NCBI GenBank assembly: GCA_028708425.1
Contig: JAQVYY010000008.1
Span: 7,799 to 71,798 of the forward strand
Source: Bacteroidales bacterium
GTDB lineage: Bacteria; Bacteroidota; Bacteroidia; Bacteroidales; Tenuifilaceae
Reading direction: 5' to 3'
Length of the DNA: 64,000 nucleotides
Each line of letters starts with the position of its first letter. The first letter of the stretch is position 1. Positions 9,745 through 20,430 of this stretch are shown here, one piece after another. The notes beneath the pieces are model-generated. The model was given only the letters and a program-made list of their open reading frames with translations. It searched no databases and was not told the origin of the DNA. Made by a program: the position numbers and the translations under genes.

Positions 9745-11262
9745 ATGAAGCAAATTAAGTCGGCACTAATTTCTGTGTACCATAAGGATGGACTCAACGA
9801 ACTTGTAGAAGAGCTTAGCAAGCATGGTGTTAAAATATTCTCAACTGGGGGAACGCTAAAATTTATCGAGGAATGTGGTGTTAAAGTCGAGGCTGTTGAA
9901 AATCTCACCAGCTACCCTTCAATACTTGGAGGCAGAGTAAAAACTTTACACCCCAAGGTGTTCGGAGGAATCCTGGCCCGCCGAGAAAATCAAGACGATC
10001 TTTCGCAGTTAAATCGGTATCAAATTCCTGAAATCGATTTGGTTGTCGTTGATCTGTATCCCTTTGAGGAGACGGTAGCTAGCAATGCGGATGAGTCGGC
10101 AATAATCGAAAAAATTGATATTGGTGGAGTAACCCTAATACGAGCAGCTGCTAAAAACTTTCGCGATGTGGCGATAGTGTCCAGCAGGTATCAGTATCAG
10201 GATTTTATTAGGTTGTATAAAGCGAATAATGGGTCAACAACCCTTGCCGAACGTAAACATCTGGCAAAGCAGGCGTTCAATATGTCTAGCCATTACGATA
10301 CCGCTATTTTCGAGTATTTTTCCGAAGAAATAACGCCCGAGGCGTTTAAGCAGAGCGTGCAGCACGCCAAAACCTTGCGATATGGAGAGAATCCACACCA
10401 GCAAGGTGTTTTTTATGGAGGTATCGATAAGCTGTTTGACCAGCTGCATGGGAAAGAAATTTCGTACAACAATCTGCTTGATATTGATGCTGCCATAAAT
10501 CTTATCAGTGAATTTACAGAGCCTACCATGGCTATACTAAAGCATAATAATGCTTGCGGATTGGCATCCCGATCAACTCTGGTTGATGCATGGAATGCTG
10601 CCCTTGCAGGCGATCCAATTTCAGCCTTTGGGGGGGTGATAATTTGCAATAGAGAGATTGATGTTGATACCGCCACCGAAATGAATAAGCTGTTTTTCGA
10701 AATAGTGTTGGCACCAGGTTTCAACGATGAAGCATTACAAACGCTAAAATCTAAAAAGAATAGAATTATTCTAGAATTAAAAGATTTTACGCTTCCTAAA
10801 ACTCAGTTTCGAAGCTTACTAAATGGTGTTTTACAGCAAGATAAGGATAGTAAAACAGAGGCTAAGGCTGATATGAAAACCGTTACTAACCAGGAACCAT
10901 CCCAAGAGGAGTATGGCGATATGGTATTTGCCAATATAGTTGTTAAGCACTCAAAATCCAATGCCATTGTTTTGGCGAAAAATAAGCAGCTAATCGCAAG
11001 CGGTGTTGGTCAAACCTCAAGAGTTGATGCCCTTAAACATGCCATTGATAAGGCGAAAAGTTTTAGCTTTACCCTCAATGGCGCAGTAATGGCTTCCGAT
11101 GCATTTTTCCCCTTTGCCGATTCGGTCGAAATAGCCCATAAGGAGGGTATTGCCGCTGTAATACAGCCAGGGGGGTCAATACGCGATCAGGAAACTATCG
11201 ATTATTGTAACCACCATTCGATGGCTATGGTTTTTACTGGAATAAGACACTTTAAACATTAA
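9745..11262 (+). CDS. purH: Bifunctional AICAR transformylase / IMP cyclohydrolase
   Basis: ALISVYHKDG, GRVKTLHP, LRYGENPHQ and ASDAFFPF motifs; ATG at 9745. Confidence 0.97.
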   Translation: MKQIKSALISVYHKDGLNELVEELSKHGVKIFSTGGTLKFIEECGVKVEAVENLTSYPSILGGRVKTLHPKVFGGILARRENQDDLSQLNRYQIPEIDLVVVDLYPFEETVASNADESAIIEKIDIGGVTLIRAAAKNFRDVAIVSSRYQYQDFIRLYKANNGSTTLAERKHLAKQAFNMSSHYDTAIFEYFSEEITPEAFKQSVQHAKTLRYGENPHQQGVFYGGIDKLFDQLHGKEISYNNLLDIDAAINLISEFTEPTMAILKHNNACGLASRSTLVDAWNAALAGDPISAFGGVIICNREIDVDTATEMNKLFFEIVLAPGFNDEALQTLKSKKNRIILELKDFTLPKTQFRSLLNGVLQQDKDSKTEAKADMKTVTNQEPSQEEYGDMVFANIVVKHSKSNAIVLAKNKQLIASGVGQTSRVDALKHAIDKAKSFSFTLNGAVMASDAFFPFADSVEIAHKEGIAAVIQPGGSIRDQETIDYCNHHSMAMVFTGIRHFKH

Positions 11263-11291
11263 ACAACACAACAAACAATATAAACTAGAAA

Positions 11292-12314
11292 ATGGGACTA
11301 TTTTCATTCTTTACTCAAGAGCTTGCCATTGATCTCGGTACTGCCAATACCATAATTATCTATAACGATAAAGTAGTGGTTGATGAACCCTCGATTGTAG
11401 CTCTAGATCAATCCACAGGTAAACTAATTGCCATTGGGGATAGGGCTCGCCAGATGCATGGCAAAACTCACCAGAATATTAGAACTATTCGTCCGCTTCG
11501 CGATGGGGTAATAGCCGATTTTAATGCAGCTGAGCAAATGATTAGGGGGATGATTAAGATGATTAAGACTAAAAACAGACTCTTTACTCCCTCATTACGC
11601 ATGGTGGTTTGTATCCCGAGTGGAAGTACTGAGGTAGAAATACGGGCTGTAAGAGACTCGGCTGAACATGCTGGAGGTAGAGACGTTTATTTGATTTACG
11701 AGCCGATGGCTGCCGCAATAGGTATTGGTCTCGATGTTGAGGAACCAAGAGGTAGTATGGTGGTAGATATAGGCGGTGGAACATCCGAGATTGCTGTAAT
11801 TGCTCTAGGTGGAATTGTTTGCAACAAGTCGGTTCGTATAGCAGGCGATGCATTTACAACCGATATTCAGTCGTACCTACGTCATCAGCACAACATTAAA
11901 ATTGGCGACAAAACGGGCGAGGATATCAAAATAGCGGTTGGTTCTGCACTGCCCGACCTGGAGAATCCCTCAGCAGATTTTATCGTTCGTGGGCCAAACC
12001 TTATGACCGCCTTACCAATTGAAATTCCGATATCTTACCAGGAAATTGCGCATTGTTTAGATAAATCAATATCAAAAATTGAAACTGGTATACTTAGCGT
12101 TCTAGAGCAAACTCCTCCCGAACTTTATGCCGATATAGTTCAAACAGGAATATATTTGGCGGGTGGTGGGGCCTTGCTTCGAGGCTTAGACAAGCGCCTA
12201 AGCGATAAAATAAATATTCCTTTTCATGTTGCCGAAGATCCTTTGCAAGCCGTGGCTCGTGGAACAGGCATTGCTCTTAAAAACGTAGAAAAATTTCAAT
12301 TCCTTATGCGGTAG
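11292..12314 (+). CDS. mreB: Rod shape-determining protein MreB
   Basis: AIDLGTANT, RPLRDGVIADF and DIGGGTSE motifs. Confidence 0.97.
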   Translation: MGLFSFFTQELAIDLGTANTIIIYNDKVVVDEPSIVALDQSTGKLIAIGDRARQMHGKTHQNIRTIRPLRDGVIADFNAAEQMIRGMIKMIKTKNRLFTPSLRMVVCIPSGSTEVEIRAVRDSAEHAGGRDVYLIYEPMAAAIGIGLDVEEPRGSMVVDIGGGTSEIAVIALGGIVCNKSVRIAGDAFTTDIQSYLRHQHNIKIGDKTGEDIKIAVGSALPDLENPSADFIVRGPNLMTALPIEIPISYQEIAHCLDKSISKIETGILSVLEQTPPELYADIVQTGIYLAGGGALLRGLDKRLSDKINIPFHVAEDPLQAVARGTGIALKNVEKFQFLMR

Positions 12315-12347
12315 GTTTAATTTTTGTACAGTATCTAAAATTGCTTC

Positions 12348-13172
12348 ATGAATACCATAGTTCGATTTATTGTAAGGTATCAATTCTTCTTGCTGTTTCT
12401 TGTGCTCGAAGCAATATCGTTTTGGATGCTTGGGAAACATACCTATTACCAGAACTCAAAATTCGAGGATGCTTACAGAGTGATGAGTGGGCATGCCAAT
12501 CAGTGCATTAGTAACGCAACAAGCTATTTTTCGCTTAAAGATGTTAACGACAATTTAGCTCAAGAAAACCTTGAATTAAAAAATAGATTGGCCATGCTAA
12601 ACGCTAAATACGATGCGCTTAGCAATTTACTTTACGATACCTTGGTTAGCCCAGGGCATAATTATACTCTGGCCCGTGTTGTTAATAATTCGGTTAATAA
12701 GCAGTACAACTACATCACACTAAATGTGGGGGCGAAAAATGGTATATGTAAAGAAATGGGAGTTATTACAAGCCAGGGTATTGTTGGGGTAGTTGTTGGC
12801 GTGTCCAACCATTTTTGTACCGTTATATCATTGCTAAATGTGGACCTGAAAATTTCGGCTAAGCTAAAGAGCACGAATCATTTTGGTTCGTTGTTTTGGA
12901 ATGGTACGAATTACCGAGAGGTGGTTTTAACCGATATACCCCAACACGCAAATATAAATTTAGGCGATACTATAGTTACAAGCGGGTATTCCTCAATCTT
13001 TCCGGCCGATATAGAGCTAGGTACTGTAAGTTCAATAGACAGTAAAGATTCAAATTTCCACTCGCTTACAGTAAAACTATTCTTGGATTTCAAGCAGCTG
13101 AATACCGTGTGGGCTGTGTCGCATAAGTTTGAGAATGAGCAAGGCAAGTTAGAAAGCATGCTAAATAATTAG
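12348..13172 (+). CDS. mreC: Rod shape-determining protein MreC
   Basis: N-terminal TM, coiled coil, GDTIVTSGYSSIFP; operon position. Confidence 0.93.
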   Translation: MNTIVRFIVRYQFFLLFLVLEAISFWMLGKHTYYQNSKFEDAYRVMSGHANQCISNATSYFSLKDVNDNLAQENLELKNRLAMLNAKYDALSNLLYDTLVSPGHNYTLARVVNNSVNKQYNYITLNVGAKNGICKEMGVITSQGIVGVVVGVSNHFCTVISLLNVDLKISAKLKSTNHFGSLFWNGTNYREVVLTDIPQHANINLGDTIVTSGYSSIFPADIELGTVSSIDSKDSNFHSLTVKLFLDFKQLNTVWAVSHKFENEQGKLESMLNN

Positions 13173-13175
13173 TAA

Positions 13176-13682
13176 ATGGCAAGAGATATTCTAAAATATA
13201 TAGGTTTATTTGTGCTACTGCTTTTCTTGCAGCTGTTTATATTTAATAATATACAGCTAAGTGGATACATCAATCCGTATATTTACATACTTTTTATACT
13301 GCTTTTGCCATACGAAATCTCGGGCTGGCTCTTGTTGGGACTAGCATTTATTACGGGTATTTGTGTAGACTCATTTATGAATACCTACGGAATGCATACG
13401 TCGGCAACGCTTTTATTAGCGTTTTTAAGGCCATACCTTTTAAGATTAATTTCGAGTAGGGAGGATGTTGATAAAAAAGGAAGCCCATCAATTTATTCCA
13501 ATGGTTTTACTTGGTTTCTCAAGTATGCCTTTTTTTTAACCCTTGCACATCATTTTATGCTCTTTTTTATCGAAAGTTTTACTTTTACAACTTTCTTTCA
13601 TACTTTGCTTAGGGTAGTTTTAAGCACAATAGTTACAACTAGTTTTATTCTGCTAAGCACTTTCCTGTTTAGTAAAAAGTAA
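13176..13682 (+). CDS. mreD: Rod shape-determining protein MreD
   Basis: Hydrophobic 168 aa, GYINPYIYILFILLLP; operon position. Confidence 0.9.
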   Translation: MARDILKYIGLFVLLLFLQLFIFNNIQLSGYINPYIYILFILLLPYEISGWLLLGLAFITGICVDSFMNTYGMHTSATLLLAFLRPYLLRLISSREDVDKKGSPSIYSNGFTWFLKYAFFLTLAHHFMLFFIESFTFTTFFHTLLRVVLSTIVTTSFILLSTFLFSKK

Positions 13683-13705
13683 ATATACAAATAGCCTTTT
13701 CTGAT

Positions 13706-15538
13706 TTGCAAACCGTAAGTACAGATAGACGTTATATTATAACTGGAATTGTTATTCTGGTTTTTGTTGCTATTGGTATACGCCTTTTTCATATTCAAAT
13801 TATCGACAGCTCGTATCGAATGTCAGCCAGCGGTAACGTGTTGCGCCATATTACTGAATATCCAGCCCGGGGGTTAATATTCGATCGTAATGGAAAGCTA
13901 TTGGTACACAATACTGTTGCGTACGATTTAATGGTGGTGCCGCATCAGGTGTCAGCTTTTGATACGGTTGAGTTTTGCTCGATCTTGGGGGTTTCGCAAG
14001 AATTTATAGAGAACGAACTGAAAAAGGCAAAAAAACATTCATCGTTCAGGCCCTCCATTCTTTTAAAACAGCTGTCGGCCGAGAACTATGCAGTACTTCA
14101 AGAAAAACTCTTTAAATACCCTGGGTTTTATGTGCAAACACGCTCATTGAGAGCCTATCCCGAAAAATCGGCAGCCCATATTTTAGGCTATGTTGGCGAA
14201 GTAGATGATAGGATAATTCACAGTAACCCATATTACAAGATGGGGGATTATATAGGAATATGTGGTTTAGAAAACACATACGAGGACGAGCTAAGAGGGA
14301 AAAAAGGGGTTAGCATTTACTTGGTAGATGTTCATAATAGGATAAAAGGTTCGTATGCTGATGGCCGGTTTGATACCCTTGCAGTGCTTGGAGAAAATTT
14401 ACATATCACAATTGATGCCGACCTGCAAAAGTATGGTGAAACGCTGATGCAAAATAAAATTGGAGGTATAGTTGCCATTGAGCCATCTACAGGCGAAATA
14501 CTTGCTGCCATTACGAGCCCTACGTATGATCCCAACCTGCTGGTAGGGCGTCCCCGAACCGAAAATTATCGAGTACTTGAAAGCGATACGGTAAAGCCAT
14601 TGTTTAATAGGGCGTTGATGGCGATGTATCCTCCTGGATCTACTTTTAAGGTTGTGAACGCTCTTATAGGGTTACAAGAGAATACAGTAACTCCACAAAC
14701 CCAATACGAATGCTATGGTCGTTATCCCATTGGTAGAGGTGTTGGGTGTCATAGCCATTTTTCGCCCACCAATTTGATCGAATCAATTCAGGTCTCGTGT
14801 AATACGTACTATTGCAATGTTTTTCGTAATATTATTGATAAACCTGCTTTTGGTGGGGTTGAGCAGGGGTTTACTGCTTGGAAAAACCATGTTGAATCGT
14901 TCGGATTTGGTAAAAAGTTGAACGTAGATCAGCCCAATGAGCTAGGTGGTATAGTACCAAGTATTGAGTTTTATAATCGTTATTTTAGAAAGGGAGGATG
15001 GAATTCACTCACCATATTGTCGTTAGCCATTGGGCAAGGAGAGCTGGGGGCAACGCCTCTTCAGATGGCAAATTTGGCAGCCACTATAGCTAACAGAGGA
15101 GAATACTATACACCTCACTACCTAAGGGGATTGGGGGATGGGAATTTTAAAGAGGCTCGTTTTTTAATGCCACACAGCACAACAATTGATTCGGTATGGT
15201 ACAGCTACATTGTTGAGGGAATGTATCGGGCTGTGAATGGGGGACAGGGTAGTACGGCCAGAATAGCTGCAATAAAAGGTATCGAAGTTTGTGGTAAAAC
15301 AGGAACTTCACAAAATCCACATGGTAAAGATCACTCGGTTTTTATAGCATTTGCTCCCAAGGAAAACCCTAAGATTGCCTTAGCTGTTTTTGTTGAAAAT
15401 GCGGGATTTGGTAGTACATGGGCTGCACCCATCGCTAGCCTTATGATTGAAAAATACTTAACAGGAGCGGTGAAACGAACCTGGCACGAGAATAGAATAC
15501 TTAATGCTAACTTATTAGATAGGCGTGAGGAGGAGTAG
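13706..15538 (+). CDS. mrdA: Penicillin-binding protein 2
   Basis: YPPGSTFK (SxxK), SCN (SxN) and KTGT motifs; start codon uncertain (TTG). Confidence 0.95.
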   Translation: MQTVSTDRRYIITGIVILVFVAIGIRLFHIQIIDSSYRMSASGNVLRHITEYPARGLIFDRNGKLLVHNTVAYDLMVVPHQVSAFDTVEFCSILGVSQEFIENELKKAKKHSSFRPSILLKQLSAENYAVLQEKLFKYPGFYVQTRSLRAYPEKSAAHILGYVGEVDDRIIHSNPYYKMGDYIGICGLENTYEDELRGKKGVSIYLVDVHNRIKGSYADGRFDTLAVLGENLHITIDADLQKYGETLMQNKIGGIVAIEPSTGEILAAITSPTYDPNLLVGRPRTENYRVLESDTVKPLFNRALMAMYPPGSTFKVVNALIGLQENTVTPQTQYECYGRYPIGRGVGCHSHFSPTNLIESIQVSCNTYYCNVFRNIIDKPAFGGVEQGFTAWKNHVESFGFGKKLNVDQPNELGGIVPSIEFYNRYFRKGGWNSLTILSLAIGQGELGATPLQMANLAATIANRGEYYTPHYLRGLGDGNFKEARFLMPHSTTIDSVWYSYIVEGMYRAVNGGQGSTARIAAIKGIEVCGKTGTSQNPHGKDHSVFIAFAPKENPKIALAVFVENAGFGSTWAAPIASLMIEKYLTGAVKRTWHENRILNANLLDRREEE

Positions 15539-16940
15539 CAACATAATAAAATGGCTCGATTGGCCAGCTGTAGTAATATATCTCCTGTTTGTTTTTATGG
15601 GCTGGATAAATATTTATGCAGCGGTTTTTTCGGAAGAGCATGTAAGTATATTCGATATTTCGCAACGGTACGGAAAGCAACTAATATGGATTGCTGCTGC
15701 CCTGCTTATTGGTATAATAATTCTTGCTATAGATGCCCGTTTTTACATAGTTTTTGCTAACTATTTCTATATAATATCAATCCTTTCATTACTCATAGTT
15801 TTTGTTTTTGGAGTTGAGGTAAATGCTTCAAAGTCGTGGATTCAACTTGGTGGGTTCAGAATTCAGCCAGCCGAGTTTGCCAAATTTGCTACAGTTCTTG
15901 CCTTGGCAAAGTATATGAGCGGTTATGGGTTTAAGCTGGGTTCACTAAAAAGTTACATTAAGCCTGTACTTATAGTATTACTTCCTGTAGCATTAATACT
16001 AATGCAAAATGATGCTGGCACAGCGTTGGTTTTTGCTTCGTTTGTATTCGTTTTTTACCGCGAGGGAATGCCTCATTGGGTAATGCTACTAATGGCTTCT
16101 CTTGTCCTACTGTTTATCTTGGTGTTAATTTACAGTAAGTTCATGGTTTTACTGCTAGTAATTTTGCTGTCGATTATTATATTTGCTCTTACAACAAAAA
16201 AAATTAAAGATGCCATTAGGTTTGCCCTCGTGCTAGGTGGGGTAATAGCTATTTTCTATGGTGTTTCAGAGTTTTTTAATTTAAGTATATCCCTTTACTA
16301 CATCGTATTGCTCCCCTTGGGCATGTTGCTCCCTCTCGTTTTTATTTACGCATACATCCATAAGTTAAAGCATGTTTTTTTACAGGTTCTGGTTTTTATT
16401 ATTGCAGTTGGGTTTAGTTTTAGTGTCGACTATATTTTCAATAATGTATTGCAGGTGCATCATAGGGATAGAATTAACGATTTGCTGGGAATTGAGTCAG
16501 ATCCGTTGGGTTGGGGGTATAATGTGAATCAATCGAAAATAGCCATTGGGTCGGGTGGTTTTTGGGGCAAGGGTTTTATGCAGGGAACCCAAACAAAGTA
16601 TAACTTTGTGCCTGAGCAGAGCACCGATTTTATTTTTTGTACAGTGGGCGAAGAGTGGGGTTTTCTGGGAACAGCTGTAGTTATTGCACTGTTCGTTCTG
16701 CTTTTGCTTCGACTTTTTAAAATTGCAGAAAGGCAAAAGGAGAGGTTCTCACGAATATATGGGTACGGCGTTATTTCGATACTGTTTTTTCATGCCAGTA
16801 TAAATATTGCCATGACCATTGGACTGTTTCCGGTTATAGGTATTCCTTTACCTTTTCTTAGCTACGGAGGCTCGTCGCTGTGGTCATTCACTATTCTCCT
16901 CTTTATTCTCCTTAAGCTCGATAGTGCCAGACTTGACTAG
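15525..16940 (+). CDS. rodA: Rod shape-determining protein RodA (SEDS family)
   Basis: IQPAEFAK, QSKIAIGSGG, PEQSTDFIF and PFLSYGGSS motifs. Confidence 0.95.
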   Translation: MRRSSNIIKWLDWPAVVIYLLFVFMGWINIYAAVFSEEHVSIFDISQRYGKQLIWIAAALLIGIIILAIDARFYIVFANYFYIISILSLLIVFVFGVEVNASKSWIQLGGFRIQPAEFAKFATVLALAKYMSGYGFKLGSLKSYIKPVLIVLLPVALILMQNDAGTALVFASFVFVFYREGMPHWVMLLMASLVLLFILVLIYSKFMVLLLVILLSIIIFALTTKKIKDAIRFALVLGGVIAIFYGVSEFFNLSISLYYIVLLPLGMLLPLVFIYAYIHKLKHVFLQVLVFIIAVGFSFSVDYIFNNVLQVHHRDRINDLLGIESDPLGWGYNVNQSKIAIGSGGFWGKGFMQGTQTKYNFVPEQSTDFIFCTVGEEWGFLGTAVVIALFVLLLLRLFKIAERQKERFSRIYGYGVISILFFHASINIAMTIGLFPVIGIPLPFLSYGGSSLWSFTILLFILLKLDSARLD

Positions 16941-17543
16941 ATCTTCCTCCCATCCCGAGGGGGTAATGTTGTAATCGACCTTTACAAAATTTATTATATC
17001 GGGGAAGAATATTAGGAATTGATCCCGAATATATGAGTAGTGGTACGTGAGCGTTTCAATTGCAAATTTTGTTTCATCGGGAAGCGAGGTTACCCTGCTC
17101 ATAATTTGGAGCGTATTTTCAACCCCTTCAATTTTATGATAAAAGTAAAGCCTGTCACTCTGAATTAGTAGAGGTAATAGGGAGCGCATTGCTTTCGGTA
17201 ACTCCCTGTAGCGCAAAATCATCTGGTAGTAAAATTTACGGGTAAACCCCCGGAGTGGGTATGGGGAAAATGTTCCCCAGTAACGAGCTAAAAAGTGGTC
17301 GAAAAACACATCTACCACAACACCAGCATATTTCCGATAGCCCTGCCGGAACAGCTTTCGTACCTCAGCCGTAGCAGGATGAGTATCGGTGTAAAAGTCG
17401 ATGGCTCTATGCAGGTAAATGCCTTTTTGTATGGTGTCGGGGTAGCGACCCAATGAGCGCCCTTTTACAAAATCGCCCATAAAATTACCCATCCTAATAT
17501 CTACGTCATCACCAGAAAGATACAAGTGGGCTAAAAAATTCAT
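16884..17543 (-). CDS. acpH: Acyl-carrier-protein phosphodiesterase (AcpH/DUF479 family)
   Basis: MNFLAHLYLS, GNFMGDFVKG, HRAIDFYTD and DVFFDHFLA motifs. Confidence 0.85.
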   Translation of the reverse strand: MNFLAHLYLSGDDVDIRMGNFMGDFVKGRSLGRYPDTIQKGIYLHRAIDFYTDTHPATAEVRKLFRQGYRKYAGVVVDVFFDHFLARYWGTFSPYPLRGFTRKFYYQMILRYRELPKAMRSLLPLLIQSDRLYFYHKIEGVENTLQIMSRVTSLPDETKFAIETLTYHYSYIRDQFLIFFPDIINFVKVDYNITPSGWEEDLVKSGTIELKENKEENSE

Positions 17544-17688
17544 AGTTTACAAATTTGCTCTTTTATAAAAGGGGGATATGTTTTTATTCTTACAAAAACC
17601 AGTCCATTATTATCTAATACGCTATTTACATAGGTTTAGTACATTAGTTTCACGTAAAATAGTGGTGTTTTATGGCATATTTTTAAAA

Positions 17689-17836
17689 TAACCCCAATTA
17701 TTCATCCAAATAATTGCTGTCTCCGACAGCAACTAGGCCTCACAACCAATCTAGTTGCCCAAAATTGGGCTCAACTAAGTCGGGGTAACCCGCATTTGCA
17801 TTTATCTTTACTAAATTTGATGAATAGTGCGGGTTA
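17689..17836 (-). mobile_element. MITE-like repeat family 1, copy 2 (full length)
   Basis: Reverse complement of the family consensus; TA at both ends. Confidence 0.9.
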
Positions 17837-17875
17837 AAAAGGTTGGCTATTGAATCAACAATTCTCTTACTATAA

Positions 17876-17917
17876 AAGGGCTGTTTAAAAACAATAATGG
17901 TTTTTTAAACAGCCCTT
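17876..17917. terminator. Probable intrinsic terminator downstream of sppA
   Basis: 16-bp stem AAGGGCTGTTTAAAAA / TTTTTAAACAGCCCTT. Confidence 0.7.
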
Positions 17918-17942
17918 ATTAAAGAGTTATGAAACCGATGTA

Positions 17943-19712
17943 CTAGTACATCTCTATATCGTAAGGCAAGCGCGCCTGAATACCCTTGTTATCGATAACG
18001 CTCTTAATCTTTTTATACGATTTATAGGGCATGTCGAATTCGCTCTGCAAAAGTCTTAATTTGGCTGAACCCGATAGCTCCTTCATCAAAGCTTCGAAGG
18101 GATCTTTAAGCTTGGGCAGCTCGGCAATACGATACTCCTCAAGGTTAGCCTTTTCGGCTGCCACCTCTATCGCCCTGTTAAGGCCTCCAAATTCATCAAT
18201 TAGGTTAATGTCTATGGCATTAATTCCACTCCATACTCTACCCTGTCCAATGGCGTCAACCTCTTCAACAGCCATACCTCTACCCTCTGCAACATGCCCA
18301 GTAAAGGTTGCGTAAACGTCTTCTACACCAAGCTGTATTAGCGCTTTTTCTTCAGCGGTTAAAGCCCTAAATACTGTCATCATGTCGGCACTTTTATTGG
18401 TCTTAACCACGTCTACATGTATGCCAAGCTTTTTATTTAGTGCATTTTTAACGTTTGGTATCATTCCAAAAACTCCAATTGACCCAGTTATGGTAGTGGG
18501 GTTTGCTAAGATATAGTCGGCTGGTGCTGCTATATAGTAACCTCCAGAGGCTGCCACATCACCCATTGATACAATCACAGGCTTAACCTCCTTAGCCAAT
18601 GTCATCTCGCGCCAAATAAGATCCGATGCCAATGCGCTGCCTCCAGGTGAGTTTACACGTAAAACGATAGCCTTAATTGTACTATCGCGACGAGCCTTGC
18701 GGATAACCTTAGCGAAGCCCTCTCCACCAATATCGCCCTCTGTATTGTTGCCCATTGTAATGCTTCCCGAAGCATAAATAACGGCAATCTTATCCTTGAT
18801 TAAACCCTTGGCCTTTCTGGTGGTAGGTATCTTTGAGTATTTTGCTATACCAATGCTGTTGATATCCTTTTCGGGCCCAGTTTCGGTTAGCTCTTTAAGC
18901 ATATCAATAACCTGATCTTTGTATAGCAAGCTGTCGATAAGATTATTTTCTAAAGCCGCTTTTACGTTGCGAATGGTTAGGTTATCGGCATAACGATTTA
19001 GGGTTTTAACATCAATATTGCGCGCTTCCGAAATTCCATCAACCCAATGATCCCAAATAGAGCCCATATAGGTTAAAATCTGCTCCCTGTTTTCGGGGCT
19101 CATCTTATCGTACATGAAGGGTTCAACCGCCGACTTAAACTTACCATGTCGAATAATCTGCATATCAATGCCGAGTTTCTCTAAAGCTGTTTTATAGAAC
19201 ATAATTTCGCTCCTAAGCCCAACCCACTCAAAGCCACCCTCGGGGTTTAGCATTACCTTATCGGCAATTGATGCCAGGTAATAACTTTTTTGGCTAAGGG
19301 TATTGCTGTAACTTACAACAAATTTGCCCGACTCCTTAAACTTGATAAGCGCATTTCTTATCTCCTCTAATGTGGCAAATCCTGCAGGAATACCTTCATT
19401 CTCAATATAAATACCTTTTATTTTAGGATCTTCAGCAGCATTTTCAATGGCTTTTAAAATGCTGTTCAATCCAATTTTGGGTTTGGATTTGAAACTGGTG
19501 AAATCGAAATTCTCCATAGGATTATTGCTTGCCCTATCAGTAATTTCGTTGTCAAACTTAACAATAAGCATCGAGTTGTCCTTAACCGTTACGGGTTTAT
19601 CAGATTTTGACACAATTGCTCCGGCAATGCCAAGAATCAGAAAGAAAACCAGTAGAAAAGATACGAAAATGCCTACTATGCTGGCTAGCGTGTACTTAAA
19701 AAAATCTTTCAT
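17943..19712 (-). CDS. sppA: Signal peptide peptidase SppA (67K long form)
   Basis: LRVNSPGGS, SMGDVAASGGYY and TGSIGV motifs. Confidence 0.95.
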   Translation of the reverse strand: MKDFFKYTLASIVGIFVSFLLVFFLILGIAGAIVSKSDKPVTVKDNSMLIVKFDNEITDRASNNPMENFDFTSFKSKPKIGLNSILKAIENAAEDPKIKGIYIENEGIPAGFATLEEIRNALIKFKESGKFVVSYSNTLSQKSYYLASIADKVMLNPEGGFEWVGLRSEIMFYKTALEKLGIDMQIIRHGKFKSAVEPFMYDKMSPENREQILTYMGSIWDHWVDGISEARNIDVKTLNRYADNLTIRNVKAALENNLIDSLLYKDQVIDMLKELTETGPEKDINSIGIAKYSKIPTTRKAKGLIKDKIAVIYASGSITMGNNTEGDIGGEGFAKVIRKARRDSTIKAIVLRVNSPGGSALASDLIWREMTLAKEVKPVIVSMGDVAASGGYYIAAPADYILANPTTITGSIGVFGMIPNVKNALNKKLGIHVDVVKTNKSADMMTVFRALTAEEKALIQLGVEDVYATFTGHVAEGRGMAVEEVDAIGQGRVWSGINAIDINLIDEFGGLNRAIEVAAEKANLEEYRIAELPKLKDPFEALMKELSGSAKLRLLQSEFDMPYKSYKKIKSVIDNKGIQARLPYDIEMY

Positions 19713-19837
19713 AAGGTAGTGTTTTAGATTAGATATTCGTAAAGATGCAATAAAAATGTGGAAATATAAATTTCCTATTTGTTTTTTCTGTTTTTTTTAG
19801 GCAAACTTTGGACTTCATAAAAGCTATAGAGTTTAAT

Positions 19838-20368
19838 ATGACCAATAATTTGAGCAGCGAAGTGGATTTACATAGGGTGTTTTTGTGTATTGGCGGCAAC
19901 TTGGGCGATAGAGAGCTGTATCTTGAAGAAACGGTTAAACTTATTGAGGGAAAGGTAGGGCCAATTATACGGAAATCATCGGTGTTTGAGTCGGAATCCT
20001 GGGGGTTTAATCATTCTGTATCTTTTCTTAATCAGGTGGTTGAGGTTGAAACGAAGTTGTCGGCACTTTACCTACTCGATGTATGCCAAAAAATTGAGAT
20101 TACGCTTGGGCGACAACACCCTAAGGATGCTGATGTTTATTCGGCTCGAACAGCTGATGTCGACATCCTTTTTTTCGATAATTGTACATACACACTTCCC
20201 CAGCTTACTGTGCCACACCCAAGGTTGCACGAACGGCTCTTTGTGCTTGAACCGCTTACCGAAATTGCGCCTAATTTACTACACCCCAAATATGGAAAAA
20301 CAGCCATGGAGCTTAAAAAGAGTTGTCTCGATAGGGGCAATGTATGGAAGTACAAACAAATTGCTTGA
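19838..20368 (+). CDS. folK: 2-amino-4-hydroxy-6-hydroxymethyldihydropteridine diphosphokinase
   Basis: IGGNLGDR, FLNQV, RTADVDIL and PHPRLHERLFVLEPL motifs; start ATG 19838 or TTG 19808. Confidence 0.93.
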   Translation: MTNNLSSEVDLHRVFLCIGGNLGDRELYLEETVKLIEGKVGPIIRKSSVFESESWGFNHSVSFLNQVVEVETKLSALYLLDVCQKIEITLGRQHPKDADVYSARTADVDILFFDNCTYTLPQLTVPHPRLHERLFVLEPLTEIAPNLLHPKYGKTAMELKKSCLDRGNVWKYKQIA

Positions 20369-20430
20369 AAAGCGATGCCCTAAAAATAATTTAGCTGAAA
20401 TGAGGCGTATTTAATCAATCACTTTAAGTA

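Noticed and set aside
16884-16940. 57-bp convergent overlap of rodA and acpH (also a 4-bp overlap at 8035-8038)
   Set aside because: Short tail-to-tail overlaps are common and both proteins look complete
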